Source: Octopus bimaculoides (lineage: Eukaryota). Taken from it: DNA of 64,000 bases. The position numbers and the translations under genes are program-made. The stretch covers positions 23,334,444 through 23,398,443 of the forward strand of contig NC_068995.1 of NCBI RefSeq assembly GCF_001194135.2, given 5' to 3'. This document shows positions 12,561 to 26,796 of the stretch, one piece after another (positions within the stretch are counted from its first letter, which is position 1; the number at the start of each line of letters is the position of its first letter). The notes beneath the pieces are model-generated. The model made no database searches. It saw only the letters and a program-made list of their open reading frames with translations, and had not been told where the DNA came from.

Positions 12561-13448
12561 GTTACGATTCCGTACTGCTACTGTTTATATTTCGCTCAGA
12601 GATTTAATATAGTTTATTTCTCCTAAAACAATACCAATCGTGATGAGAGTAGTCGTATATGTAGACTATGGTAGCTAAGATTTCACTCTAAAGCTATAAT
12701 ATCTTTTTGCATATCTGGCATCATATTCTTCATTCCTCCTTTTATTTTTAAGAGAATAAAGCGTGAATCATATTCAGATCAGGACAGATTTCACGTTGCC
12801 TCAATATATTAGAGCTGTGTCCTATATACTACCTATCCCGATACATTTCTCTTTAATTGAGTTGCAAACAAAAGCATAGAAATAAAGAGAGACTATTTAT
12901 AGATTACAACTACATATAGCTCACATTATTATTTCTACCTAGAAGAGTAATATTTCCAATTTCCCCGAAATCTATAGAACTATAAACGTCAAATCTAAAA
13001 ATAAGCCACATCTCACACTTCGAGTTGAACCCCAAAGTAGAAGAGATATCGCTATGACATTAGGGTGTGAAAGCTTTGCTGGAAAACACTCATGTTTTGA
13101 CGCATATCCCTTTTGGGACCACAATTAGTTATTAAACTAAGAAGTGTGGTAAGAAATTATCTTATCATTAATTAATACTACATCACTTCTAAAGTCAACT
13201 TTATTATGGACCAAGTAGCACACTGGCAAATTCGAGACACATATGGAAATCGCTCATGATCAACAAATATTGTGAGAACTTTGGCCGAGGTTTAATCTAC
13301 ATATCTTCCCTTACGTCGACTTATCAACAAAGAGTGTAGCAGTTTAAGTGTGAAAATTGTATGAATATATTGGTTTTCTTAAAATGCATGACTAAGTTGG
13401 TTTTTAGTAGAATCAATAGTCTGTCCGATGAACTGTCCGAATCATTAC

Positions 13449-13655
13449 CTGTGTCCGGCTGACTTTAAGTTCTATCCAATATTTCAAGCTTCTGCTGTTG
13501 AAAAATAGTGCAGTCGATTAAATCGACCATATCCCAACCAAAGTCAAGTTGTTCTATAAACTTATAGAAACCATGCATATCATTTGATGAATACACTGCC
13601 ATACATGAATTGTGCGATCTGCAATTAGGTACCATTTCTGAAATGTAACCTACAT
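13449..13655 (-). other. Candidate 207-nt phase-1/phase-1 exon with one in-frame TAA
   Basis: Acceptor CTCACAATTTTCTTTTTAG, donor CAG|GTAATG. Frame (D)VGYISEMVPNCRSHNSCMAVYSSNDMHGFYKFIEQLDFGWDMVDLIDCTIFQQQKLEILDRT*SQPDT. No family recognised. Confidence 0.25.
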
Positions 13656-13680
13656 CTAAAAAGAAAATTGTGAGGATTAC

Positions 13681-13897
13681 TAATGGTTTTAAATTTTGGC
13701 ACAAGGCCACCATTGTTAGGGGAAGAGGTAAGTCGATTACATCGTCACCAGTGCTCAGCTGGAATCTATTTTCTCAACCACAGAAGGATTAAAGGAAGAT
13801 TCGACTTCGGTGAAATTTCAACTCAGAATATAAGGGACGGACGAAATGCCGATAAGTTTTTTGCCCGGTGAGGTAACGATTCTACCAGCTCGTCGCT
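13681..13897 (-). mobile_element. SINE family A, diverged
   Basis: TTTTGGCACAAGGCC...GGACGAAATGCCG...AACGATTCTACCAGCTCGTCGC. Confidence 0.8.
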
Positions 13898-14119
13898 GTA
13901 TTGCCAGAAGTAATACTGGCAAAAATTTATCTCTCAATTGATCATATTTGCACTTTAATCACAAAGTATTACAAGGAGCTACATTGGATTATATATAACA
14001 TATTTGAGATAAAGCTTTTCAGAGAGTAAGGTTACCTCAACACAAGAATATGCATGATAAATATAAAGAAAAGAAAGAAAAGGATAAAAGAAAAATATCA
14101 TCATCGACACTTCCTCTTC

Positions 14120-14147
14120 AGCAGCAGCGGTAGCGACGGTGGTGCTG

Positions 14148-14202
<55 letters not shown>

Positions 14203-14247
14203 AGGATGAGGATGTGGAGGAGGGGATGTGGTGGTGGTGGTGGTGGA
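14120..14247. repeat. Compound trinucleotide microsatellite (CAG)n(TAG)n..(GGT)n
   Basis: Direct reading. Confidence 0.95.
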
Positions 14248-15790
14248 AGATCAATAAATATGTGAACTATTTCAAATATGCCATAGGTAATAAATATAAA
14301 AAAGCAGGGCTACATTCTTAGAAAATGAATAAGATGACCTGAATAAAAAAAAATTAGCAAGACGTGAGAAATATTAAAGTGGCACTAAGGATAATGAGTA
14401 AATATGAATCAGTAATCTTCATTTATTTTAAGTGGGTGGGGAGCTGAATTATTTCGTTGGCTTGTAATACGGAAAAACACGTTTGCAGCTGTCACAGAAG
14501 AAAAGTTTATTGTTTTGACGCCTCATTTGGCACAGGGTTCTGACGAGCAGTTGTCTCATGCAAATAATTCATTTATAAGGGAGAGAAAATAAGAGATAAT
14601 TAGCACAAGAAGTGATGAGATGTTTCTCTCTGTAGAAGTTATGTTGTCAGCAATAACGCGTAGGGTAAAAGAAAAAAATAATCGGTGATGTAGACGGATT
14701 CCTTCTTAGAATGAAAATTGTAGGCGTGGACATATAATTATAACAAGGATACGTATCTTTGTACATAGCTTCTTTTTCAATTGATGTTATATTTAATGCG
14801 TGTGTTTCTGTGAGAAATGATGATTGTTGTTCCCTTGCGTGCATAAGATTGCTACACGGTAAACAATTTTGTTGAGCTTTTACAGTAGAGGTTACTGTTA
14901 ATTTGAGAAAATACTGAATGCGTATGGACTGGAATAATCAGCATTTGCATTCATAAGAAATAAAATGCTAGGAAATCGAGAATAACGTGATTTAATATGT
15001 CTCCAAGAATCATATGTGTAGGTGAGAGAAACTTTAGAAATAAAGAAATGTCTGCCCTTGAGAGTAGCAGAAAAAGAAAAAGATTCTGCAATGGATTATT
15101 ATTACCAGTCGATAGATATCAGGATTCGATATAACTGTTGTTGTGCATGGAATATATTTATGTATAATTTCACATTCATATGTGTATATTCACTTCTACA
15201 TATGTATAGATGCGTGCGTACGATATATTACGTTAGCGTTACTCACTGAAAAAAATTGTCCTTGCAAACTAATATATCAATCACAATAGACATGTAACCC
15301 ATTAAATCTCAAAGAAAAGAGAAATGACTGCTTCGCATAAATGAAACGCTGTACCCGCTGGAAACTGCTTAGGTATATTAATATCATTGAACATAGCAAC
15401 TTGCTCTTTAAAAATAAATATTTATGTATGTTTTGCTCATTTGAATATTACACAAATATTTGCTTCCACTTGAATATTGAGAAGCTATTTATTGACATAC
15501 CGCTATTTATTGACTATAATTATAAATTATCATTGGGATAATTTGTGCGCTGAATGTAGAGAGAATTATTCCTCACTCGCATTTGAAGTGAACTAACTAA
15601 ATTAAAAATTTAAGCCTATAAACCCAAAGTTCTTAGGACAGGATGTAAGTGGATACTATCTTATTTCATCGATCACAAAATGATTGAAGGCAAAGATGAT
15701 CTCAGCTGCATAACATACTGCATAAATATTTATCTGATGCTCTAGCAATTCCACCTTAGAATTTCTTTTACAATATTTACTTCAATTGAG

Positions 15791-15832
15791 GCTCGATGTA
15801 TCGATGCTCGATGTATCGATGCTCGAAGTATC
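15791..15832. repeat. 15-bp tandem repeat GCTCGATGTATCGAT, ~3 copies
   Basis: Direct reading. Confidence 0.9.
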
Positions 15833-15863
15833 TTATGGTCAGAGTCAATCAAGTAGAGGATAT

Positions 15864-15865
<2 letters not shown>

Positions 15866-15903
<38 letters not shown>

Positions 15904-15997
15904 NNNNNNNNNNNNNNNNNNNNNNNNNNNNNNNNNNNNNNNNNNNNNNNNNNNNNNNNNNNNNNNNNNNNNNNNNNNNNNNNNNNNNNNNNNNNNN

Positions 15998-16068
<71 letters not shown>

Positions 16069-16095
16069 ATGTATGTATGTATGTATGTATGTATA
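15866..16095. repeat. (AT)n - gap - (GT)n(ATGT)n microsatellite
   Basis: Direct reading. Confidence 0.95.
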
Positions 16096-17158
16096 TTCCG
16101 TAACCCGCTAGTATGAAACATGCTTCAATGAAATATTTTTCATACTAGCAGCACAACACCCATTACTTAACTTGAGGGAAGAGAGAAACAGAGCCTGCCT
16201 GCACAAGCGGAAGTTTACCTTCGCTAAATATAAATAGCATTAGTGACCCTTGCTCCATCTCAAAAAAATATCACCCAGGGCCCTTCACCCCAGAAATAGT
16301 AGTTCTTGATATTAAAGAAGGCATATATATACACCTAAATTAAAGCTAGTTTAATAGCATTACATACCTGGGTGGACTATGGGTGTTCCAATAGTAATAT
16401 CCCTATCCCTTCACCAACATATCTGAGTTTAAATCTCACCTCCCTACCCATAACAGCTAATTACATAAAATATATATTTATTACGCCATTCCTCTTTAAT
16501 ATAACCTACTCACCCCTTTAACATAGCCAGTTCTTTCAATCATAAACCTAATTTGGAATACAGGGGACATCAGTACATAAACCCCAATGATTATCCCTTC
16601 CCCATAGAGCCTTATCCGCCATCTCAACTAAGGCTATACTGGCAACTAATTTTACTTATCTGACCCCTTTATGCCATGGGTGAGCTTGCTCTCACTAGCT
16701 TCAAACTCGACTTAATTTTCAGCCAGCATATTGGTCTACCTCCATTTATTGTGGACCCGATTAGACTTACCCATTTAGGAACAATACAACCCCCCGTGGA
16801 ACATAACTTTAACAACTTAATATTAACTGCACACCTCTCTAGATTGTATAGGTTTGTACTTGGCACTGCAGTAGATGCCTTCCCATGAGCCATTATTACC
16901 CTTAGGCATATTGTGCATAAATGGATGTAAAATTTTGTGGTAGACCCCATATGGTTGCATTCACACAAGAGTTAATATAACTACAAGTTTATTAATACGA
17001 ACATCCTATATTAATTATATAATATGATATATATTAAGTAAGATTTAGTAAACTGTAACTGTAATAGGACTCTGAATTTGTATCCATGTTAGCAATTAGT
17101 AAGTGATTTAACTTGTAATCATTTAACTATATGGGTTTTTTCTTTGTATGTATGTATG

Positions 17159-17192
<34 letters not shown>

Positions 17193-18396
17193 TATAGAGT
17201 ATGAGGGGATTTATTTCACTAATGATCTAAACGAATAGGTACGCTGCGTAAGTGCTATAATTCGTCATCCGGAGCCAGGAAACCGTAGGAGGTTTCCGAG
17301 TAAACAGGGATATACATATATATATATGCATCCATGTAAATATACATACTATTTATGTATGTATGCATGCATGCATCGAGAACTGCAACATGTGCGGCAT
17401 TCCAATTGTTCTAAAGGTTGTAACTTTGAATTCCGTATTTCTTTCATCTTCTGCAATAGCGTGAGCCGAAAAGTATTCTACTAGCTTGTCCAGTTTCTCA
17501 CTCCCCAAACCGGCAGAAGACATAATCAATGAAATTATTCTTTTAATTAATACAGAGATCGTGAGCTGAAATCAATGTTATCGTTTGCCTTTTAATTATT
17601 TTAGGATAGAATTTCGGGAAACCCTGAAAACAAAACGAAGATAAAGTGATGCACGTAACAGCAAAAGGAAATTTGCGCGATTCCCTACCAATTTTATCAT
17701 TCATATCTGTACATAAGTAAATATGAAGCTTTGATAAATAGCAAGTTTATGGATACATATTTCATTAAATTGAATATTTTTCCTCTTAAAACTCTTAAAA
17801 CCTGACAGTTGCATTTTAATCATATTATTAAAAACACCGTTAGAATCTCAGTTGTGAATTGAAATGACAATTATTTGCATACGTTTTAATATTATCGGGT
17901 ATGAAATATCAAAATGTCTTTTAAACATCTGGAGTGACAGTATATTCACGTTTATTCGTTTATATTTTTAAAAATACAAACAAATCATGAAAGGTATATC
18001 AACTCCAAACAGTGCTGCTGGATTTCCATTTAGATAATGAGAAATAATCTATATGACTGAATTTGTAAATGTGTTTGTCACAAATCATGATAAAAAAAAG
18101 ACGGAAACTTGATTAGAGGCATACTCCCTGGATCTGTTATGTATCAAATCATGCAGCATTAGTGAGAGAGAGTGAGACAGATCGCGACGAAAAGAGTCGT
18201 ATACATGTACATGCATACCGTATGATAATAAATAACCATGTATGTATATACGAAGAGGGAAAGAGAGGATAGAGGCAGGAACAGACAAACAGGCAGGTAT
18301 ACAGATGCATATGCATATATATGTGTGTATGTGTCTGTATGTATATGTGTGTGCGTGCGTTTGTGTGTGTTTGTGTGTGTGCGTGTGCGTGTGTGC

Positions 18397-18429
<33 letters not shown>

Positions 18430-19199
18430 NNNNNNNNNNNNNNNNNNNNNNNNNNNNNNNNNNNNNNNNNNNNNNNNNNNNNNNTGTGTATCATTTAGGT
18501 ATGATAGATTTGTTACAGGAATATTACACTTGGCAATATCTGAAATTTATATTTTTTCTGGCAATCAAATATTCTGGTTGTGTTGATCGAATGAAACGTT
18601 TTCTAAAACACAAGTACACCTTCGTGATATAAGCCCATTTTGATAAATGAGATTTGTAAACTTTTTTTTCAACAGAAATATTCACATACTCGCTCATAGG
18701 CCCTAACATATACATCCCCACATAAACCTGTAAACACACAAAATCCACACATAGAAACACACATATGGTAGCGTGGTTTCCTAATACCATTGAATAGATA
18801 CCATCACGGCAATTTCTCTCAAAGGTTCTCCGTAGTAAATTTTTATCAGTGGATAGTACATGTAGATTATGTCTATATATCTGGCTTGTAGATACAGGCA
18901 TATAATTTCATATGTCTGTTTGTGGGAGAGGGTGTGAGTATGTGTCTGTATAGCGATTAACTGTGTGGGAAACAAATGAATCAGACCCCATTGTTTTTGG
19001 AATAGAGGAATACATTGACTGTATTATACATATATTGACGCTTAAGATAGAGCTCTCCCAGTTTTCCAGTTAGGATTGAGTATGAAGTATGATTGGCGAT
19101 CGGTAAACTACTCTAGTGACAACGTTTGACAGCTACCGTGTGAGACCGTTACATGAAAATCACGGTGTTACCCAAAACATGTCACTGTACAATTTAACT

Positions 19200-19420
19200 C
19201 TGCTTAACTGTAAGAATCTGTTTTTATAATAACAGCTCATAACACGGCAACAACATCATCATCTGCTTTACCGCCATTACTCTGGACACATCGCACCCAA
19301 CGCCTAAAATCTTCATGATGATAACAGAACAATTTTCCGATTAATCACAGGTACTGGAAGCTTTCCGACAGATACAAGATATAGCTGTCTTTTAGTATCA
19401 ATACATGTTCCAAACCATAT
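19200..19420 (+). pseudogene. Possible highly decayed LINE (Ingi/Vingi-like) RT C-terminal remnant
   Basis: Only weak motifs: PLLWTHR and DNRTIFRLITG resemble PVW..S.H / LN...R.ITG. Confidence 0.2.
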
Positions 19421-20073
19421 TTTCACATGAATATATATCAATTAGAGAAACTTAGAAAATCCAACTGTTCACTTAGAAATAGACAAGTGCGGCCTCCGAA
19501 TAGTACCTGTAATACAGAGTCTATATGATACGTTCCACAGATCATGTACCATGGATAGCAACATTTGCATAATGAGCATCCAGAAAGTATTTTTAAAGCA
19601 AAATTCAACAAGCAAGCATACTCCAAATGCAACATCACAATGTAACATTTGAGATTTCTAACAATGGTCTTTTATACATTGTATCAACTGAAAAGAAGCA
19701 AAAGAAGTAGATGTGGGTTCTGTGATGCAGCAAAGTGCCTTATTAAGTAGAGCTCACTGGAAGTTATTGCATTTTCTGTTAATGCTAAACGCGAAATATT
19801 TAAAGCCTGTCCACATACTACCAACCAAGTATCCACTCAAATACTGGTATCCAACTCCACAGACAAAATGTCAGCAAAGAGTTTGTGAACCTTTATACAA
19901 CTACCATTTTTTATTAATTCGTATCAAATATCAATATGTAATATTTCTGTTCATTTTGTTATTCTTAATTTTTTTCTTGTAGACTTATATTCATATGCAT
20001 GCAGATGTGTATATTGCTTGCAGTTATATGAGTGTATACACACACACACACACACACACATACACACACACAT

Positions 20074-20120
<47 letters not shown>

Positions 20121-20436
20121 NNNNNNNNNNNNNNNNNNNNNNNNNNNNNNNNNNNNNNNNNNNNNNNNNNNNNNNNNNNNNNNNNNNNNNNNNNNNNNNN
20201 NNNNNNNNNNNNNNNNNNNNNNNNNNNNNNNNNNNNNNNNNNNNNNNNNNNNNNNNNNNNNNNNNNNNNNNNNNNNNNNNNNNNNNNNNNNNNNNNNNNN
20301 NNNNNNNNNNNNNNNNNNNNNNNNNNNNNNNNNNNNNNNNNNNNNNNNNNNNNNNNNNNNNNNNNNNNNNNNNNNNNNNNNNNNNNNNNNNNNNNNNNNN
20401 NNNNNNNNNNNNNNNNNNNNNNNNNNNNNNNNNNNN

Positions 20437-20543
20437 ATAGGAAAACGGAAAGCCACTTGGAATATCCCTTTATCTTCGAAACGTCTAGATAGAATAGAGA
20501 CAGCTGATGAAGGGATATTCCAAGTGGCTTTCCGTTTTCCTAT
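20437..20543 (+). repeat. Perfect 34-bp inverted repeat enclosing GAAACGTC...CTGATGA (hammerhead-like, PLE-terminus-like)
   Basis: 20437-20470 is the exact reverse complement of 20510-20543. GAAACGTC at 20478-20485, CTGATGA at 20504-20510. Confidence 0.75.
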
Positions 20544-20692
20544 ATGTTCGTTCCGTTGTCTGTAGTTTATTGTTCTAACGTCCTGTACCCTGATATGCAT
20601 GTATATACACATGTAGATGTAAGTATGTACATATATGTGTGTATACATGTATATATATTCTTTGTATTATTATATATATATATATATATATT

Positions 20693-20723
<31 letters not shown>

Positions 20724-21771
20724 CAGAGAGAGACAGACAGAGACAGATAGATAGATGTGTATACATATATATATATGGATTGGCCTGTGTTGATTCCATG
20801 TATATGGTAGGTAATATGCAGAACAGAGTTTATTCTCCATAATTTTTTTTATTATATAAGTTGATGTAAATTTTGTTTAGGTCTTAACAGATTGTACCGA
20901 GTAACTCTTATGCGACAAAAAGTTATGTTGCCTAGGTTTTCAGCTTGTGGCATAATTTTAGACAATTTGTTTCTTTGCTGTACGTAGTCTATTCAGAACG
21001 GTTTTAATAGTTATCTGCATAAAATTGTTAGCGTGAAAGATAATTCATCAGATTACCGGGTTTTAGTTACATAAGAGGTAACGTTTAGTATTTTGTGCAA
21101 ATTTATCTGTAACATAAACCCAAAAAAAACTCTATTCACTATTCTCGGAGAGAGAGTGGGGAGTGGAGGGAGAGAGAACTTAATGATTTTTCTTCTGTTC
21201 AATAGTGATACCACCACATATATATTTGTAATTTCACTTCACTTTATTTGTTATGTGATAGAATTTGAATGCTTAGGTTTGCAATGTTAAAGATTAAGTC
21301 TTTATATAATTTCCGATACCGTTCATAACATTGCAATAGTGTTCTGCCAAACATTTTATATTAGATGCTTATATTTTTTTATAAGTGATATGGTGATTGA
21401 ACCATTTGGTTTAGACACAAACAAAGAGATCTCAGTGAATTTATCAAATTAACCTAATATTCAAACCTGTACCAAAAATGATATATTATGAAAACCTCAA
21501 TATGATGTTTTAAAAGATGGTAATATAATTTGTTTACTTATTAAAGTTGTGTTCAAAGAATGCTCAGATCGTAAGTGTAATTGTAGTATAAAGAAATACG
21601 AATATATATCAAATGATGTACGGTTCGGATACAAGAAATTTTTCCTTTGTATTTCACGATAAAAGTATTAAAGGTTGAGATTTATTTGTAAGGCTAAATT
21701 GGAAGGGATATTGCATAAGTACAAATTTTCGGAAAATTTAGTTATTGATTCCTAATTATCGGTTTATAAGA

Positions 21772-21855
21772 AAGCTTCGATCTGGCAGAACTGTTAGCGC
21801 ATCAGATGAAAACGTGTGACAGCGTCTTCTACCGAATTTACGCTCGGAGTTCAAG
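21772..21855 (+). mobile_element. SINE family A head fragment, very degenerate
   Basis: TCTGGCAGAACTGTTAGCGC...GGAGTTCAAG. Confidence 0.45.
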
Positions 21856-23052
21856 TATCAAGGATATTTCAAATATCACGGGTATGTGGATAAAACAGAA
21901 TAACTGAAGACCCAAGTGTATTGTATATTTAAGTTTTTTTTTCTGCTATATTCTGGTTAGAATGTTTTTGATGCTTAAACATATCGGTCTCTAGACAAGA
22001 ATATGTCTAGCGAATAACATATTATGAAAAATTATTTCCAGATTAAATATTTTTAGAAACAAAGCTTCTATTACTCATACATTTCGTTTAGTCGTGATTT
22101 GGAATCGTCTGACATGATGGCTGTATACGAATCGTATTTGAGCTGGAGTTCAAGATATCGGCATATATTTTAACTGATATTAAGCAAAAGTGAATATTCC
22201 ACATATCATCTACTTCTTAAAGAGTCCCGTGATGTAAAGTGATAATAATCACATAATCAATGTCTTGTGTAGACAGACTTTACGACCTTCTCATCCCACA
22301 CTTGTGATTATGAAATTAAATCCCACATAAAAAAATATTTTGATAGAATCTGCGTGTTTATCTTCGTATCAGGATATGTCTATATGTTTGTCTTGTGTGT
22401 GCAACATTCAATATAATCACTAATGTTCCTCTGCATTCCCGAACATTCTCCTTACGCATCGGTGGAATTAAGCAGTGAACGGAAAAATTTCCGCTCCAGA
22501 CGATGAATCAGTGAGTTAAGCATATGGTTGCGTATATTAGATTGTCCGAATTGCAGCTGCAGTTCTGTCCATGACAGGAAATCGACAGGCCAATGGTAGT
22601 TTTATATGGTAGAATAATTGGTGCGACTACTCACCTCATCTGATTCGTGTTGATGAGTGCACCAAACCATCAGCCATCAAATTAAAATGTTGAGGATTTT
22701 ACCATTAATGAAATATACATAACCAGTGCACACATAAACACATCTCACGTCCACACGCTTACACGCAGCCAAAGATACCAGCACGTATCACGTTTACACA
22801 CTATCACATGCACATACGCACAAACACACACATACACGCAAACACACACAAAGAGAAACGCACACACACGCACATATATATATATATANNNNNNNNNNNN
22901 NNNNNNNNNNNNNNNNNNNNNNNNNNNNNNNNNNNNATATATAGGTATATAGGTGTTTCTATACAGCTGCTTAAATATATATGCACGCGCGTTTCTTTGT
23001 ATATACATGCTTATATATATATAACATATATATATATATATAAAGAAATATG

Positions 23053-23103
<51 letters not shown>

Positions 23104-24100
23104 GCATACATGCATACATACATACATACATACATTCCACAAGCGATGAAATGTAGTATTCGGTTAGTCACCAATTTGTTTTAATCCTGCGTAAATACCA
23201 TTTCTTCTCTACTATTTTAAAAATATACATTTTTTTCATTACACGTATTCCTACATCTATTTCTTGGTATATTTCGTTTTGTACAACAAAGAAAAAGAAC
23301 TATATTTTAGAGTAATTTAGTGATAATATAATGTATGGAATCGGTATCAAAATCCAAATGAACTCTCTTTTTCTTTTTATTTTCTTTTTTTTTTGTTCAT
23401 TGTTTGCTAAACTCAGTAATTGAAGTACGCGATTCGTGAGCAGTATTATCATTTCCCAGTGGGTGAGTATTTAATCAATCAATTTTAACTTACCGAACTA
23501 TCGAATTACGAGAGATGAATGTACACATTACCACAGATCCTTCAACAATGTATACTTTATCTTTTATCTTTTACTTGTTTCACTGGATTCCACTCTTTCA
23601 ATCACTAGTTTCTCGCTATCGCTGTTGGTGGCTGCTTTCAAATATTGGTTTATTAACCTGATATATGTGTGTGAATGCCGTCATTTCATTTGCCAATATG
23701 CTTTTTATTGTTGGCTTTTTGGTTTGTTTCTTCTTTTTTTGTTTTGTTTTTTTTTTTGTATATTTTAATTTCATACCTAAAGTCGCAATGTGTATATATG
23801 GAGCAATTTCACTTTAATCTTTCTGTCACTTTTTCTAAATAATAGATATATGGAAATACAAAGTTTCTACATATTGTTTCGATTTATACTGGAACGATGA
23901 ATTGTGAATATTGTATGGCAGTCATATATATGTTCTAAATATTCCTAGGAATACCTGGTAGATATTTTTATTAACCAAGGATTTAAAATTTCATTTGTTC
24001 CTAAACTAAACATTTGCTCCTATACTAAGCAAGCTTACTAGAAGTTCCTCTAAACCTAGAAACTGATATCTGGAAATTCTTTTGTAACTCTAAGGAGAAT

Positions 24101-24164
<64 letters not shown>

Positions 24165-25451
24165 TATGCGTGTGTTGTGTGTGTGGTTGTGTGTGTGTGA
24201 GTATGTGTGAGTATGTGTGTGTTGCTGTTCGTGTTAAATACGTGTGCATATGACATCAAACTTGTTACCTCACATTTTATTTCATATTCATATAACACAC
24301 ATTAGTACGACATTTTCTAGCCACTTCACTTCTAAATAAATCTCCAATGAGGAGATATTTAACTTCCAGATCTTTCGAAATATATAGTTGTGTTCCAAAT
24401 ACGAAAACGTATAACCTTAAGTAGACCAACCAATAAATACTTCTTGTTGTACACGTGCAAACATCTTAAACTTGCCCTCTACATCTGCATGCGAAGACAA
24501 AGTCACCTTAAATCACCCTCCAGACACCTATCCGACCACAAAGAATTAGATTGGTAACAGCGAAGATGATTTCAAGAAAGTATTTTATAATCACGTGATA
24601 GGAAGAGATCGTTGTAATCGTATTGTGAAAGGAGAATAATCGTGCTGTGAAGTATGACTGTAGACAAAGTTTGGGCTCATCAGTGGGTACTATACGCCGA
24701 TCGTACATACAGGGAGACTGGACGTGAGGCATCAAACTGCGAGTTAACCTAGTGTGTGAAAAGCGAAACACGTAACAGAATTAATACAATACGGAAAACA
24801 GCGATTAAATTCAATGCTTTATATAACATATGCGTGTTACATGAATTTACCATCAGGATAACATAACTGCTATTGACACAATATATAATACTTTTATTTA
24901 CCTTTTCAATGTTCAGCAAGCAATACAATAACAGTAGGTATGACCAAGAAAATTACACTAATGATAACAACGATGTCCTCATACAGGGATGAGGATTTCA
25001 TTCAGTGTGTATCAGTGTGAGAGTGCCAAACTATGCTGAGAATTAACATCACTTTTCATAATTGTTGGATGATAAAAAAGAGCATAATTTACTCTTTCAA
25101 TCCACGTAAGTGTATCCAGCAACATATCTACAAACTTAGTATTTATAATTCTGCAAAATTTTTTAAGTGCACCAAAATATGAATGTCAAGTGCTAAACGA
25201 TCCATTACCTAATTCAGTCTAGCCAAAAAGAGTTTGAATTATTCGTCACTCTATTAAATTGGCCCACATCAATTTCCTGTGAAGATGCTGCTAGTCAGTA
25301 ATAGTAACGGGAAAGTTAGGATATTTCTTCATATTACAGTGGATATGTGAACAAAGCAATAGTGAAAAAAACTGTGTACGCGTCTCCTGTTTGCAGTTAA
25401 TAAATGCAGGGCTGAATGAAATAAATAGATCTATTCTATAACAGATAACAC

Positions 25452-25488
<37 letters not shown>

Positions 25489-25493
25489 TCACA

Positions 25494-25525
<32 letters not shown>

Positions 25526-26751
25526 TTCATATACATANNNNNNNNNNTATATATTTATATATATTTTCACACGTATACATACACATATCTATCTATCTCT
25601 CTCTATATATATATATGTATATATATATACATATATACATACATATATATTTACACCTACGTATACATACACGTATATATGTATTTATATATAAATATAT
25701 ATATGTATATATATGCATATAGACATACATATGCATACATATATGTATATATGTATGTATGTATGCATGTATGAATGTATGTGTTATGCATGTATGTACA
25801 CACATGTAAATATATTGATAAACACACTTATGTTGTGTGTAGCCAACGACTGACAGGTGATGTGGCTCTATTTGGATCCATTCCCAGAGTAATGTACACT
25901 TCGCTCAGTTAGCAATTAATGACTTTATAATCCCCCAAATTATACGACTCAATTTACATAACATCAGTGCTTACGCTAGAAGCTAATTTAATTAAATATT
26001 AAATTATGCACTATCAGTTGAGTTATTAGAAAAACTCATCTCTTTATAGAAACTAAATTAAATTAGCTAACAGCGTAGGTGCTAATATTATGCAAATTGG
26101 AATTTCCTGTTTGCTGGTACTACCATATATCTAGCATGTTTGTTGGGATTGTAAAGCAATCACCTGTGGGTCTATACGTTTTCTGAGCTTTGAAGCAGAG
26201 AAGAAATTTGAGTTTGATTATTTTCAGTTTTTCTGTTCACAGAGGTAAGGGAAAGGAACGTGTTAATGTTTGTTAGTGCATATATTTACACATATCTGTT
26301 TTTTCCGTAAAATGTTGTACTTTTTCAATACAGATATGCGTAGGAATTGTAATTCTGTTCTTAGTACATAATTTATTATTTAACTACTATTTAACAAATT
26401 AGGTACCAGTGTAAATACTGATATTTTGCAAATCAGAGTTTTTCATATCCTTGTAATAAAATATTAGGAATCCTATAAAACAAATACAGGCATCTTTTTC
26501 TGCAGATAAAATGGCGCGCTCTCCTAGTGGACCGTATCTATTGACGATGAATTATGACGAAGTTAACTCACTAACTTTATGCCCACAGATAAATGCTGGG
26601 GGAAAGCATGAACATATACTTTTAGCAGATATATTTTCCCATTTGGGCGACTTTGGTTAAATATTACATAATTGCATTACCTGCGTGTATTTGAAGTCTA
26701 ATGCATAGCCTACGTGCTCAATTTGGTATTCATATATTTGTGTGTATATAA

Positions 26752-26796
<45 letters not shown>

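Noticed and set aside
13979-14321. Poly-H/S/T/A and poly-A/V/W ORFs
   Set aside because: Compound trinucleotide repeat with no other coding evidence.
26515-26666. AAAATGGCG (YY1-like) start with a 49-codon ORF after an acceptor-like site
   Set aside because: A single short motif with no supporting promoter or coding evidence.
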